NCBI RefSeq assembly: GCF_030684315.1
Contig: NC_081384.1
Span: forward strand, 26,822,818-26,886,817
Length of the DNA stretch: 64,000 bases
From: Stegostoma tigrinum
Lineage: Eukaryota
Direction: 5' to 3'
Positions within the stretch are counted from its first letter, which is position 1. Every line of letters starts with the position of its first letter. The notes beneath the pieces are model-generated. The model was given only the letters and a program-made list of their open reading frames with translations, had not been told where the DNA came from and did no database searches. Of the stretch, positions 13,540 to 24,742 are shown piece after piece. A program made the translations under genes and the position numbers.

Positions 13540-14250
13540 ATGTGCAGGAGGCCCAGAGTTTTCTGGCCACTACTCCATTTCCTAGCGTTGAACAAGACGC
13601 AGCACCAGCACAGTCCCCAGCTGCAGCACTGAATGTCTGCATGCCTGGCTCTTTCCAGACAGCAATGGGTGACCTGTGTGAGATATCTCTGTTGAGCACC
13701 CACAACTACATCAGGATAGTGCCCAATGCCATTTGTGCAAGATCACAATGGTTTATTTCATTCCATCATTGCAAGTCCAGCTGCCATCACTTCTACATTC
13801 GGGAGAACTCTCGTGTAGCTGGTGTGTTTGAGTGTCCAGGGGCCTTACATTGCTGGTTTCTAGGGAACAAGGGCTACCCACGGTGACCATGGCTGACACC
13901 AACTTCATACACCCCCCTGACTGATGTGGAGCTCAGGTTTAATGCAGCCAATACCACAATCAAAGTTTGGTGTTGTAGAGCACAGGGCAGCTGAAGAGGT
14001 AATTCTATTGCTTGGACTGGTCTGACCTGACCAGACAGAGCATGCTGCATAATCCTGGCATGCTGTGCTGTACAAATTTGTAGCTGCAGTGAAGTGATGC
14101 TGAGTGCTAAGGAACTGGGGGAGTGGGAGCACACCCCTGAGGAGGAGGATGAGGACATGGAGACAAAGGAGCTGTCATTGTCCATGATAAAGCTCCGCTG
14201 GAATGGACACTACAAGCCAGACAGAACCTGACTTCCAATAGAAAAGAGCA
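13540..14250 (+). mobile_element. PIF/Harbinger transposase relic (HARBI1-like), internally deleted
   Basis: GSFQTAMGDLCEIS, SCHHFYIRENS (PGSxHDxxIL), WFLGNKGYP (LLGDxGYP), ELRFNAA, and ACCAV (ACCxLHN). The IDCTH/NRKG segment is missing. Confidence 0.85.
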
Positions 14251-16769
14251 TTATGCAGCTGACAATAGTAGGCTTTAAAATAATCTTTGATAATGGTGCT
14301 GACATTGGTTAGTGTTGTGTCGGCAATGTTCAGCCTCCATTTGCTTTGTTTGTGTTCCCTTCTGTTTTGTTGTAAATAAAAACTCAAATTTTGTCTTTGC
14401 ATTTGTCTGATTACTCATCTGCATGCGATGTTCCCCCATTGGACAATATCACTGGGGCAAAGTGGCAGTGACTTTCAGAAGGTGATTTGATGGGATGTAC
14501 CTACAGCCAAATGAAGTGTATGGCTGATGGCTAACCAGGAACTACGTTCGGAGAATGGGAATGTAAGCGCATGGGAGTTCCAGCTATGCTGGCTGAGTAC
14601 CATTGCCCGCCTGGGTTTGGGAATGCTCAGTTATGATGTTTCCAGAGAAGGACAACACAAGATTGCCAACGTGTGTCTGGGAGCATGAGGTTCTTTTAAA
14701 GCTGACAAGGATGCCAAGATGCCAGTCTTTTGGCCGATATCCACTGAGTGGCAAGGTCTTATTGGAACAGCATTTGGTAGGATAGGTAGAAATTGGGCAT
14801 GAGGGACACCATAGGGGCATGGTAAGCAATTAATAAGGTGGGTTTGGTAAGACACAGAGAGATAATTCATTAGGTCCTGCAGTGAATAACCCTCTAAAAT
14901 ATTCTGCGCATTTCAGACTTAACTGATGAAAATTTAAATTCAGCTCTTTGTTTCTCGAGTACATTATCTCCCATGCTGTCATTTTGTCAGCTTAATTTGG
15001 AGCAATATTCTGGCATTTTCACATTCGTAACTCAAAATAGCTTAATAAAGCCTGTCTCATCTGAATCTTCTTCTTTCCAGGCTGTGAAGTAATTGCTCCT
15101 TGAAGCTTGTTTCTTTGTGCCTTAGATTACCTTTGTATGAATTTATCAACATTTGAGGAAATAAAAGGTGTTTGGAAGGATTTGTGAATCTACCAGCCTT
15201 CCCTAATCTGGTCTTCGTTTAATTCCAGCCTACAATAATGTGGTTGGTTCTCCATTCCCCTTGGAAATGGCAATAGCAAACCATTCAGTTCAAGGACAAT
15301 TCAGCCAACAAATGGTGGTCTTGCTGTTGAAATGCAAATTTTTCCCATGGAAGAATAAATTTGGATACCAGATGAGCCCAGTACAATCTACAAAAGTATA
15401 ATCACAACTCATTACAATAAGGTTAGGATCAATCCATTGGAATCAAAATGAGTTTTCATTTGAAGAGGCAAGGTTTTGTCCAGCAATGATTCATACTAAT
15501 GTGATCCAAGGTGAGGGTTGTTTGAGATAGTTTGCTGCCACCGATCCTTCTTTGTCTCTACTTTGTCTCGGGCCTATCTAGTGTCTAGATGTAATACCAA
15601 TGCAGAGTCTTGACAGAAGAAGCTCTATTCTTAGGTTACAAGAAGGGTTATTGCATGATGGTAATAGATACAAATACATTTAGTCAGGCAAAATTATTAA
15701 GACTTCAGGGAGCTGGCATAGATACACCAGCTCCCACCGAAAGCTGGAGTAGAACTCTTTTCCCAATAGTCTGTGTGTGGAATTGGCTGAATGGGTGGAA
15801 CCAATAGGAACATAGAAACAGAATGAGGCCATTCAGCTCTTATAGCTTGCTCCACCATTCAATATCACCTACGTCAAAGTAATATTCTTCCACTGCCCCT
15901 CTATCAGTGGATGTTATTGTTATATAAACCTATCAACCTTTGTCTTAAACTCATTTAATGGCAAAGCTTTCATAGCCCTTTGGGACAGGAAATTATAGAG
16001 CGATTTCACTTTGATTTTAACCTTTTGAGAACCATTATCTTATACAATGTTTTCACAATTTGATAACAAAATCTCTTTCATGAGAACAACGGTTAAATCA
16101 GATGCAAACTGTGATTAAAAATATAGATCCACATGAAGATGAAGAATTCAACAAATATAAACATCTCTGACCCACAGTTACACAGTGACCTGCCCAAAGA
16201 TGGGAAAACACAGAATTGATTTCACGCCGAATGCAAGTTCAATTATGTTTCCGCTCATGTGACACGTCTAATGAGAAAAGCCAGCATGGATTCACTATCG
16301 ATAGACACTGGGCAGCAGACCCAGCTGATCAGTTTCCCGAGTCCAGCTCATCTGAATTCCGCTGAGTAGAAAAACAAACCTGGGGCAATGGCCTGACAAG
16401 AAAAAGAATCAAAATGATCTGCAATTTTAATTTTATTTCTAAAAGTCTGTATTGAACCACAGAAAGTTCCTTCTTGCTTGTCAAGCAAGGATGTCAGGAG
16501 GCATGAGAAACTGATATCAACCACAAATAAAGTGTCTGACCTGAATCATAGCTTCCAGATGAATGGTAATGCCTGAGAATGAGCCAGCCAGTGGCTGTGG
16601 TTCACTATCATACAAAGCTCTGGGAAGAGACAGGAGAAACAAACTAAAATCAGGACAAACTCATTGTAATGGCACATTCAAATTATTCCTACACATGTCT
16701 GAATAATGTACAGCACACATAACATGCATTAAGTTTCCTTTGTCTGAAAAACAACATTATTGGTTTATG

Positions 16770-16957
16770 AGTGATAATGGGAACTGCAGATCCTGGAGAA
16801 TTCAAGATAATAAAGTGTGAAGCTGGATGAACACAGCAGGCCAAGCAGCATCTCAGGAGCACAAAAGCTGACATTTCAGGCCGAGACCCTTCGTCAGATG
16901 ATGAAGGGTCTAGGCCAGAAATGTCAGCTTTTGTGCTCCTGAGATGCTGCTTGGCCT
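16770..16957. mobile_element. Fold-back PLE 3'-end insertion with 14-bp TSD
   Basis: Arms meet at ...GACCCTTCGTCAGA|TGATGAAGGGTCTAGGCCAGAAATGTCAGC. TSD ATTRTTGGTTTATG at 16756-16769 and 16958-16971. Confidence 0.9.
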
Positions 16958-17666
16958 ATTGTTGGTTTATGTAAGGTTTTATTTCTGGTGAAGTGATCAG
17001 CAATTTCAGACAAGATGGGTTTTGGTTGTGTTTGTGATGCCTTTTTGTGTTGCATATTTCAAAATGTTCATCTAAACATAATTTGAACTCACAGTCCTCC
17101 TGCAAGCTTTTTGGCAAAGTTTGTACCTCTAACAGTTGCAACATCTATACAAATTCACCAATTCATCAGGGTGCAACAAAGTGTGGAGGTCCATGAGGCA
17201 TACTGTACTGTTATGAAGTCGGGAGCCCCTATTTTAGGAATGAAAGAATTCCATTCAGACCAGTTAGAATCCGAGTTTAAGGTCATGAAGGTGAAATTGA
17301 ACCAGGCAGACAAGTAAATTGGATTGTAGTTCTTTGCTCAGCCATTATGAACTTCAATGATCTTTCTTTCTACTGACTGTGATGACTGGCAGAGTGTGCA
17401 AAAGCTGTGCCTGGTATGGTACAGAACTACGTGGACCCATAAAGTGACAAAGTTAATCCACCCAATGCTATTCGCTGATCGCAGTTTCAGTGGTGGTCAA
17501 GATGCTATGTTGTGATGATACATCACAGCCCTGAAATACTATGAGCATTTTTTAGCTTTTAATTTCAAAATGTGTTTTTAAAAGAGGAGTGCTACAGGCA
17601 ATAAAAAGACTGCAGGTGTAAATTCAATGCTGTCTGGCAAAATCCCGTGAGACCCATATAACATCA

Positions 17667-17838
17667 TGAACACAGCAGGCGAAGCAGCATCAGAGGAGCA
17701 GGAAAGCTGACATTTCAGGCCTAGACCCCTGAAACATCAGGCTTTCTGCTCCCCTGATGCTGCTTGGCCTGCTGTGCTCATCCAGCTCTACACCTTGTTA
17801 TCTCAGATTCTCCACCATCTGCAGTTCATACTATTTCT
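17667..17838. mobile_element. Fold-back PLE 3'-end insertion with perfect 14-bp TSD
   Basis: Arms meet at TTTCAGGCCTAGACCC|CTGAAACATCAG. TSD CCCATATAACATCA at 17653-17666 and 17839-17852. Confidence 0.9.
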
Positions 17839-19117
17839 CCCATATAACATCAGATTTGTAAAATGTCAGGGAAACTTCAAACAGAAAGAGAGAGGGAGGG
17901 GCAAAACAAGGAGATTTAGCAAGGAACAGATACTTTACCATTCTCAACTGAAAGCCAACTTTTGAAAACTGCTTTTTAATTCACCCTCTCAGGGACACAC
18001 AAGAAAAGGTGTAAAAACACAGCAAACAATCCTGTTCTGCGTACATAATGGAAAAAGGTACACTAGTCAATTGAGATTCATGTGAAGTTTGAATATTCAT
18101 GTTATGTGAAAGGCACAACCAAAGAACTATCATCCCTGCATTGCAGGTAAAATTAACCTCTCAATTTGAATGGTCAAAGCCAACTAAGCAGTGAGTCAGA
18201 AGGAGAAAACAAGACAAGAAGTATTATTTTATTCTGAGTGTTTTCAGCTAACCTCAGTGAAATGTAAACAGGACTAAAGTGTTTTAACTAGTCTAGAAAA
18301 AGCCAAGAACCCCAAATTGACCATTCAATTTTCAATGTTCTTTTTTCCACTCTTCACAAACAATCCCGAGACGCTGGTCCATCTTTAGTTCAACTTTAAT
18401 CTTTTTAAGACTAACTCCTAAATCCAAATCTTGCATATGTGAGTTGCATTATTCTTATTTTACACATTTACTAACCAATAAACTCACTCTTTCTTAACTC
18501 AAGAAAGTCTGGTTCTATTGAGTCTTTATAAAGCATAAGTTCAATTGGTCTGAGAGAAGGGCATCCGCAAAAGAGAGAGATTCTTTTCAGATTAACCTTG
18601 TCGCAATTAACCAAGGGGGCTGTAAATGGTAGATGGATAAAAAAGCAGAGTCAGTTCATCTCTCCCTTGCATGGACCTTATCAAAATGGTGTATTTGCCT
18701 CGAATTGTAGTAACTTGGGGAATCTCCCATGGTGTCAAATTGTAACAGCCACCTCAAAAACATGGCTGCATTGGTGGGAGTGAGTTCAACTGGGACTTGA
18801 AATAGCAAAAAATGAAAAGCACATTTAGAAGCAGGCTGCAAAATATCAGTTTGTGGGCTTTACTCAGGCAGAACAAAAAGACAGGTAGATAGGCCCTGAC
18901 AGGAGGTTGGGATTTGGGATATGAAGTGTATTAATTAATACTGTTTGCAGATTGAACTGCAGCCTGGTGGATTTACTTTAATAAATCCGGTATAGTGAAG
19001 ACCGGTATATTTCAGGAAGATGTTCATCCACACATACCCCCACATCCTCTCACAATTATAGACGCCCATCCCTCCTCGAGGTCTCACCCGATAGCAGTGG
19101 GAACTGCTTCTAAATGA

Positions 19118-19160
19118 ACACACCCCCCACCTCCCCACCCCCCACATATATTTAAGAGTT
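19118..19160 (+). promoter_or_regulatory. Candidate core promoter: CACCC/C-rich boxes followed by TATA-like TATATTTAAG
   Basis: CACACCCCCCCACCTCCCCACCCCCCACATATATTTAAG in non-repetitive DNA, about 320 bp upstream of a consensus donor site. Confidence 0.35.
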
Positions 19161-19179
19161 CCAGAGTGGACATTGCCTT

Positions 19180-19479
19180 CCCGCCTCCACAATCAAAGAT
19201 TAACACCCATGCTTTGGGACTGGAATTGGCCATGACAGGCTCTATGTCCTTTGTACAACTGGGGCCACTGTGGGTTGAAATTCCTTCCTTGTCTCTGTGC
19301 CTGTACAACAGCTCCGTCTTTGGGATCGGAAACATCCCCCTAGGCCAGAATCTGGAACTGGACTCCAGCACACAGCGGAGGACCAGACTCCATGGATTTC
19401 TGTACACCAGGATCATAGATTGGATCCCTCCCTGGATCAGGCCTTCAGCCAGTGCTTACAGGCTTCTTGGAAATGGCAG
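19180..19479 (+). other. Candidate first exon of an unidentified transcript
   Basis: Ends at a perfect donor CAG|GTAAGT (19479/19480). ATG at 19232 (gccATG) is open to the donor in phase 2. A second ATG at 19473 has a gaaATGG context. The 5' boundary is inferred. Confidence 0.35.
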
Positions 19480-19974
19480 GTAAGTAGAGGTGGTTAACAT
19501 TGATTTATTAAATGCAAAAGCGAGCTCAAAGGATTACTCTAGTTTTCATATTTGTGTGAGCATCAGACCTACATATCTTGAGGCCAGGCAGCAGTCCCCA
19601 CTCTCAACACTAACAGCAACAGTCTCCTTCCTTGCTCCTGCAGCCAGCTCTCCTGCATGTTCAGCCCAGCTAGAAGCCAGGCCTGTTAATCAAACTATGC
19701 GCTGGCACAGTGGGTCCACACTCTGGAGTTAAAGCCTACAGCATGAAAGTAAGCCTATATGGTTCCTCCACACTACCAGGTTTTCCCCTGGCCTCAATAG
19801 ATTACAAATGTGAAAATTCCTCAAGTGGAAGAACAAACAGCAATTTTTATCCTGACCACAACTCACGGTCTCTTGTGGGAAAATGTTTGTGTATGAATTC
19901 TGTAAATGAGCAGCAACTTGGAGGAAGTCCAAGCCCTGAATCAGAAGAGGCAAATAGGGCCACAAGATTACCGC

Positions 19975-20110
19975 TACATCTGAAAACCATATCACCTCGA
20001 GGGAGTGTGCACCATTGGCATATCAGTCTGGGTTACATGCTCAAACCTGGGGCTGAGCCCATGACCTTCTGACTCGGAGGCGAGAATGCTTCAAAGTGAT
20101 CCAAGCTGTC
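19975..20110 (-). mobile_element. DeuSINE/SacSINE1-like tRNA-derived head fragment
   Basis: Reverse complement CTCGCCTCCGAGTCAGAAGGTCATGGGCTCAGCCCC...TTGAGCATGTAACCCAGACTGA...TTTCAGATG. Confidence 0.55.
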
Positions 20111-20269
20111 TGAGATTCCACTTCAATAACATCACGGGAAGCGACAGCAGGCTGCAATTGCCAATCAGAAGGAATTTGATTCCAATTGCCCGTGGATAAA
20201 GGAGCTGCCTGCAGCACTCGTTCACTATTCAGCTCTTTGATGCTTAAGGTCATTTTCCAGTCATAAAAG

Positions 20270-20525
20270 AACTCTAGAAGATTAATGCACCTTTATTCCA
20301 GTTGCACTTCTGTTCCTAATACGCTGCCTTGCTCAATAGTTATAGCTCAACCAATATTGCTAAACCTATGATCTATATCACATGACCGTTTGTGGTATCT
20401 TGCTGTGTGCAAATTGGCTGCTCTACTTAAGATTGATTGCACTGCCAAAGTTGACTATAAAGCATTTTGAGTCCTGCTGGCCCAGAACATTTTAACAGAT
20501 ATAGCAGAAAAATAAATGTTCCTTT
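20270..20525 (+). mobile_element. DeuSINE/SacSINE1-like body and tail relic
   Basis: GTTTGTGGTATCTTGCTGTGTGCAAATTGGCTGCT matches the Deu-domain region. Confidence 0.65.
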
Positions 20526-20659
20526 TTCACCTGTTTCCCAGTCTTTCCACAGCTGCAAAATGGAACTAGAAATCAAAGGGTTCATGTCCAATATATTCCA
20601 AATTGAGGGACAAGGGCATAGGGCCCCCTGATTTGCCAAGTAAACAGCTCCTACATTGG

Positions 20660-20858
20660 GAAAGCTGGATGCTCATTTAGAAACAAAAACAGAAATTGCA
20701 GGAAAAGCTCAGCAGGTCTGGCGGAATCTGTGGAGAGAAATCAGAGTTAACATTTCAGGTCCTGTGGCCCTTCCTCAGAGCCCTTCACAGATGCTGCCAG
20801 GTCTCTTGAGCTTTTCCAGCAATTTCTGTTTTTGTTTCTAAATGAGCATCCAGCTTTC
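20660..20858. mobile_element. Fold-back PLE insertion whose 19-bp flank is duplicated in inverted orientation
   Basis: GAAAGCTGGATGCTCATTT-AGAAACAAAAACAGAAATTG ... CAATTTCTGTTTTTGTTTCT-AAATGAGCATCCAGCTTTC. Confidence 0.85.
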
Positions 20859-20859
20859 A

Positions 20860-21307
20860 GTCAGAATTCTAGTGGAGTCCACAGACAGGCATTTGGCCAC
20901 TAAATCTTTTGGTCGGCACAACATTGTGGGCTGAAGGGCCTGTTCTGTGCTGTACTGTTCTATGTTCTAAATCAACCCTCACACAGTCTTCTAAAAGAGC
21001 TCAACAAAAACTGAAAGCACTGTGGCTGCTGGAAATCAGAAACAAAACAGAAGTTGCTGGAAAAGCTCAGCAGGTCTGGCAGAATCTGTGAAGAAAAATC
21101 AGAATTAACATTTCAGGTCCTGTGATCCTTCCTCAGAACTCTTCATAGATACTGCCAGGCCTTTTGAGCTTTTCTAGCAATTTCTGTTTTGTTTCTGATT
21201 TCCAGTGCCTGCAGTTCTTTCAGTTGTTATTCACCTCATTTAGAAGACTGTGTGAGGGTTGATTTAGTGGACAAATGCCTGTCTGTGGACTCCACTGGAA
21301 TTCTGAC
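20860..21307. repeat. About 450-bp palindrome: PLE fold-back core plus about 73 bp of inverted non-PLE flank
   Basis: GTCAGAATTCTAGTGGAGTCCACAGACAGGCATTTGGCCACTAAATC..AACCCTCACACAGTCTTCTAAA is mirrored by TTTAGAAGACTGTGTGAGGGTTGATTTAGTGGACAAATGCCTGTCTGTGGACTCCACTGGAATTCTGAC. Confidence 0.92.
20907..20966 (+). mobile_element. 60-bp, extremely 5'-truncated CR1 tail with 7-bp TSD
   Basis: GGTCGGCACAACATTGTGGGCTGAAGGGCCTGTTCTGTGCTGTACTGTTCTATGTT. TSD CTAAATC at 20900-20906 and 20967-20973. Confidence 0.9.
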
Positions 21308-21313
21308 CTTTCG

Positions 21314-21546
21314 TGAAATAACTCCATGAAATCCATATCTTGTTACCAAGTCACCATTTATTAACATGCACAGAGTGCATAACATTGACCAGCTAGCAAA
21401 ATGCTGCCTCCTAGAGTGCACAGAGCTTCTGACACTCCTGTTTATATCTGTCAGCCAGGACTCCCTGATTGGATCAAATTAACAGCCTCAATCAGGGAAC
21501 TCATATTCTATGGATCCACCTAGCTGACCTCATTCCAATCACTACT
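21314..21546 (-). mobile_element. Short (about 233 bp) solo-LTR-like element
   Basis: Reverse complement runs (T)GTAGTGATTG...CCAATCAGGGAG...GATATAAAC...AATAAA...GAGTTATTTCA (CCAAT, TATA, polyA signal, CA end). Related copies at 23697-24790 and 42066-42219. Confidence 0.7.
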
Positions 21547-21769
21547 TTCTGTGAATAGTTTTTTAGGAATGAAATGGGTAGCCAGTTAATGAAATGTTCC
21601 CCATGATACTCCTAACACAAACAATGCATGAGGCCTTTTCCTCCTTACTTTGTACGATACCAAACACTGATATCATTACAACTCTCTTCCTATGACATAA
21701 CAATTTTATTTTGCTTCGCTCTGCGCTGCTCCAATTTTCTTTCATTCTTTCTGTCTTTCTTCTATCTGC

Positions 21770-22300
21770 CTGTAACCTACACACATGTACAGTTCTGGTC
21801 AGCATATTATAGGAAGGATGTGATTCACTGGGGGCACAGCAAAGAAGATTGACTAGGGTGTTGCCAGGGATGGAGCATTTCAGTGTTAAAGAAAGGCTGG
21901 ATGAACTCAGGTTGTTTTCTTTGGAGAAGTGAGGGTTGAGAGGAGACCTGATAGAAGTCTATAAGATTTTGAGGGGCATGGACAATTTGAATAGGCAGCA
22001 GCTGTTCCTCTTAGTCAAAGGATCAATAATAAAGGGGCATCATTTTCAACAGAAAGGTAGGGGATTTAGAAGGCATTTTGGGAAAACTTCTTTCATCTAG
22101 AGGCTGAATGAGGTCTGTAATGCATTGGCAGAGAGGATAGTTGAAGTGGGAAAGCTCACAACCTTTAAAAAAGTGCTTGAGGTGTCAGAACATTCAAGGT
22201 TATGGGCCTAGTGCAGGAAGGCAGGTCTAGTCTAGGTAGTACTGAGAATACAGACCTGATGGGCTGAATGGCCTCATCTGCATTACATGATTCTACGATA
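21770..22300 (+). mobile_element. CR1 LINE 3' fragment
   Basis: VQFWSAYYRKDVI and GAGGGTTGAGAGGAGACCTGATAGAAGTCTATAAGATT; tail GGGCTGAATGGCCT...ATGATTCTACGA. Confidence 0.85.
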
Positions 22301-23289
22301 GCTTCCTCCAAAACAGCTCAGCCTCCAATTTATGTAGTGCTTCGTTTAATTTAATTGTTCCAAATTTTCTGAAATGGTCTCTGCAGGAATCAAATGAAAT
22401 AAACATCTCTTTATTATCTTTCTCTTGTATTTGAGCCATTTATTCACTCCGAAGATTTCACTTCTGATTCCAAATTTCCAGTTCCTTTCTGCACTGTTGA
22501 CTGTGACGTTATGAAGCACATTATCCTTCAATTCAAAATGAACACAATGGAGCTGCACCCATTTTATTATGAAGAGCATAGTACAGACTATTGTAATGAT
22601 GAATCATATGTGCCCATTTTATTGGGTCAGATAGAATGAGTTATTGCCACAGTTGTGAAGTGGTTGGAACATTTTTGCTCGTGGAAAAGATTTGCATGAG
22701 AAGTTTGATGCACTGGATATTTAAGGCCAGTACAGCTGCCACTTCCACTGAGTGATATGCCGAGTGTCAGACCAAGGTATGTAATTTAGGATCCACAGTT
22801 GCTTCACTCAGTACACAGATGGTTAAACAATAGCAATGACAGCAGCTCCTTCGCTGCGAATTGGCCTGAGCAGAGTTTCAGCCAGTGAACAGACATTTCC
22901 CCCAGGGCTCAGCAGTAATAGACACAGTGTCTGCAGTTAGCCACATCCATGGTCTGTGATGAACACATGAGATCAGAGGGAACAGCCACAGTCTCCAAAA
23001 AGGCCACAGAGGCATTTATTACGAAGAGCCTGCTATTTGTCACAAACACAGACATCTAGAGACCTAATCATCTGAGAATGCAGCAATAGAAACATCCCTA
23101 TCATAAAGAAAAATGCTGGCAATGTAAATAATACAAGTAGTACACAGGCAAGCGCTTACATTTTGTTCATGATTCGAGTGGCTGTTTTGCACTGTGTTTG
23201 GATTTAACTGTTCTTTTAACTCACTTTTGTAAAATACAGCATTTTCCAGAATTTCAGTAAGTGATAAAAGGCAAGATTTGCTTTTACAT

Positions 23290-23620
23290 AACATTGATAG
23301 TTATCACTGAATGTCTCAAAGTGATTGGCAGTCAATGCAGTACTCTTGAAGTGTCTTCATTGTTGCAATAATGTAGGCAACACGGCAGCCAATTTATGCA
23401 CAGCAAGCTCCCACAACAGCATAATGATCAAATAATCTGTTTTAATGCTTTAATGACGGTCATTGAAGGATAAATATTGATCAGGATACCTGGAAGTACC
23501 TAGAATCACTTATTTGAAATTATGCTATATGATCGCTTATGCTCACCTGAAAGGCAGCAGATGGCTTGGTGCAGCATCTCATCTGAAAAAGGTACCTCCA
23601 AAATGCAGTGGAGCATTACC
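23290..23620 (-). mobile_element. DeuSINE/SacSINE1-like relic
   Basis: Plus-strand GGCAGCCAATTTATGCACAGCAAGCTCCCACAACAGC...TGAAGGATAAATATTG...CTCATCTGAAAAAGGTACCTCC is the reverse complement of the Deu domain. Confidence 0.75.
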
Positions 23621-23801
23621 CTTTACCTACAACAATATTCTAACCCATTTGTGAGTCTGTCCTGATGATTTTTAACATTAATGAAATGCTTAATATTGAA
23701 ATAACTCCATTGAGGCTGGCCACCAGTCACTCTTTATCTGTCTATGCATAGTACTTGACTTCCTCAGAGCCAGCTCTCAGAGGGAACAGAACCTCTGACA
23801 A

Positions 23802-24493
23802 GATAAAGTGTGGAGCTGGATGAACACAGCAGGCCAAGCAGCATCTCAGGAGCACAAAAGCTGACGTTTCGGGCCTAGACCCTTCATCAGAGAGGGGGAT
23901 GGGGAGAGGGTTCTGAAATAAATAGGGAGAGAGGGGGAGGCGGATCGAAGATGGAGAGAAAAGAAGATAGGTAGAGAGGAGAGTATAGGTGAGGAGGTAG
24001 GGAGGGGATAGGTCAGTCCAGGGAAGACGGACAGGTCAAGGAGGCGGGATGAGGTGGTAGGTAGGAAATGGAGGTGTGGCTTGAGGTGGGAGGAAAAGGA
24101 GGGGTGAGAGGCAGAACAGATTAGGGAAGCGGAGATAGGCTGGGCTGGTTTTGGGATGCAGTGGGGGGAGGGGACGAACTGGGCTGATTTTGGGAAGCGG
24201 TGGGGGAAGGGGAGATTTTGAAGCTGGTGAAGTCCACATTGATACCATTGGGCTGTAGGGTTCCCAAGCGGAATATGAGTTGCTGTTCCTGCAACCTTCG
24301 GGTGGCATCATTGTGGCACTGCAGGAGGCCCATGATGGACATGTCATCTGAGGAATGGGAGGGGGAGTTAAAATAGTTCGCGACTGGGAGGTGCAGTTGT
24401 TTATTGCGAACTGAGCGGAGGTGTTTTGCAAAGTGGTCCCCAAGCCTCCGCTTTGTTTCCCCAATGTAGAGGAAGCCACACCGGGTACAATGG
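23802..24493 (-). mobile_element. Young 5'-truncated Penelope-like element: GIY-YIG endonuclease C-terminus, 3' UTR and hammerhead
   Basis: Minus ORF 24121-24504 HCTRCGFLYIGETKRRLGDHFAKHLRSV...EQQLIFRLGTLQPNGINVDF. Perfect 11-bp TSD ACCTCTGACAA at 23791-23801 and 24494-24504. Confidence 0.95.
23863..23890 (-). ncRNA. Minimal type-I hammerhead ribozyme core, intact
   Basis: Minus strand CUGAUGA-A-GGG-UCUAGG-CCC-GAAACGUC: conserved core, short stem II, palindromic ACGU in place of stem III, GUC cleavage triplet. This matches the minimal hammerheads described in PLEs. Confidence 0.8.
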
Positions 24494-24582
24494 ACCTCTG
24501 ACAATCCTGTTTACATCTGTCAGCCAGGGCTCCCTCATTGGACCAGATTAACAGCCCCAATCAGGGAACTCATATTCTATGA

Positions 24583-24742
24583 CAACTGAAAGAACTGTGG
24601 GTGCTGTAAATCAGAGACAAATATAGAAATTGCTGGAAAGGCCTAGCAGGTCGGGCAGCATCTTTGGAGAGAAACAGAAGTTTTAACATTTTGGATTGAG
24701 TGACCCTTCCCATTGAGCTTTTCCAGCAATTTCTATTCGTGT
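24583..24742. mobile_element. Asymmetric fold-back PLE 3'-end insertion with perfect 14-bp TSD
   Basis: GACAAATATAGAAATTGCTGGAAAGGC / GCTTTTCCAGCAATTTCTATTCGTGTC. TSD CTCATATTCTATGA at 24569-24582 and 24743-24756. Confidence 0.88.

Noticed and set aside
24036-24560. 174-aa proline-rich minus ORF
   Set aside because: Alternative frame over the PLE endonuclease and its C-rich 3' UTR.
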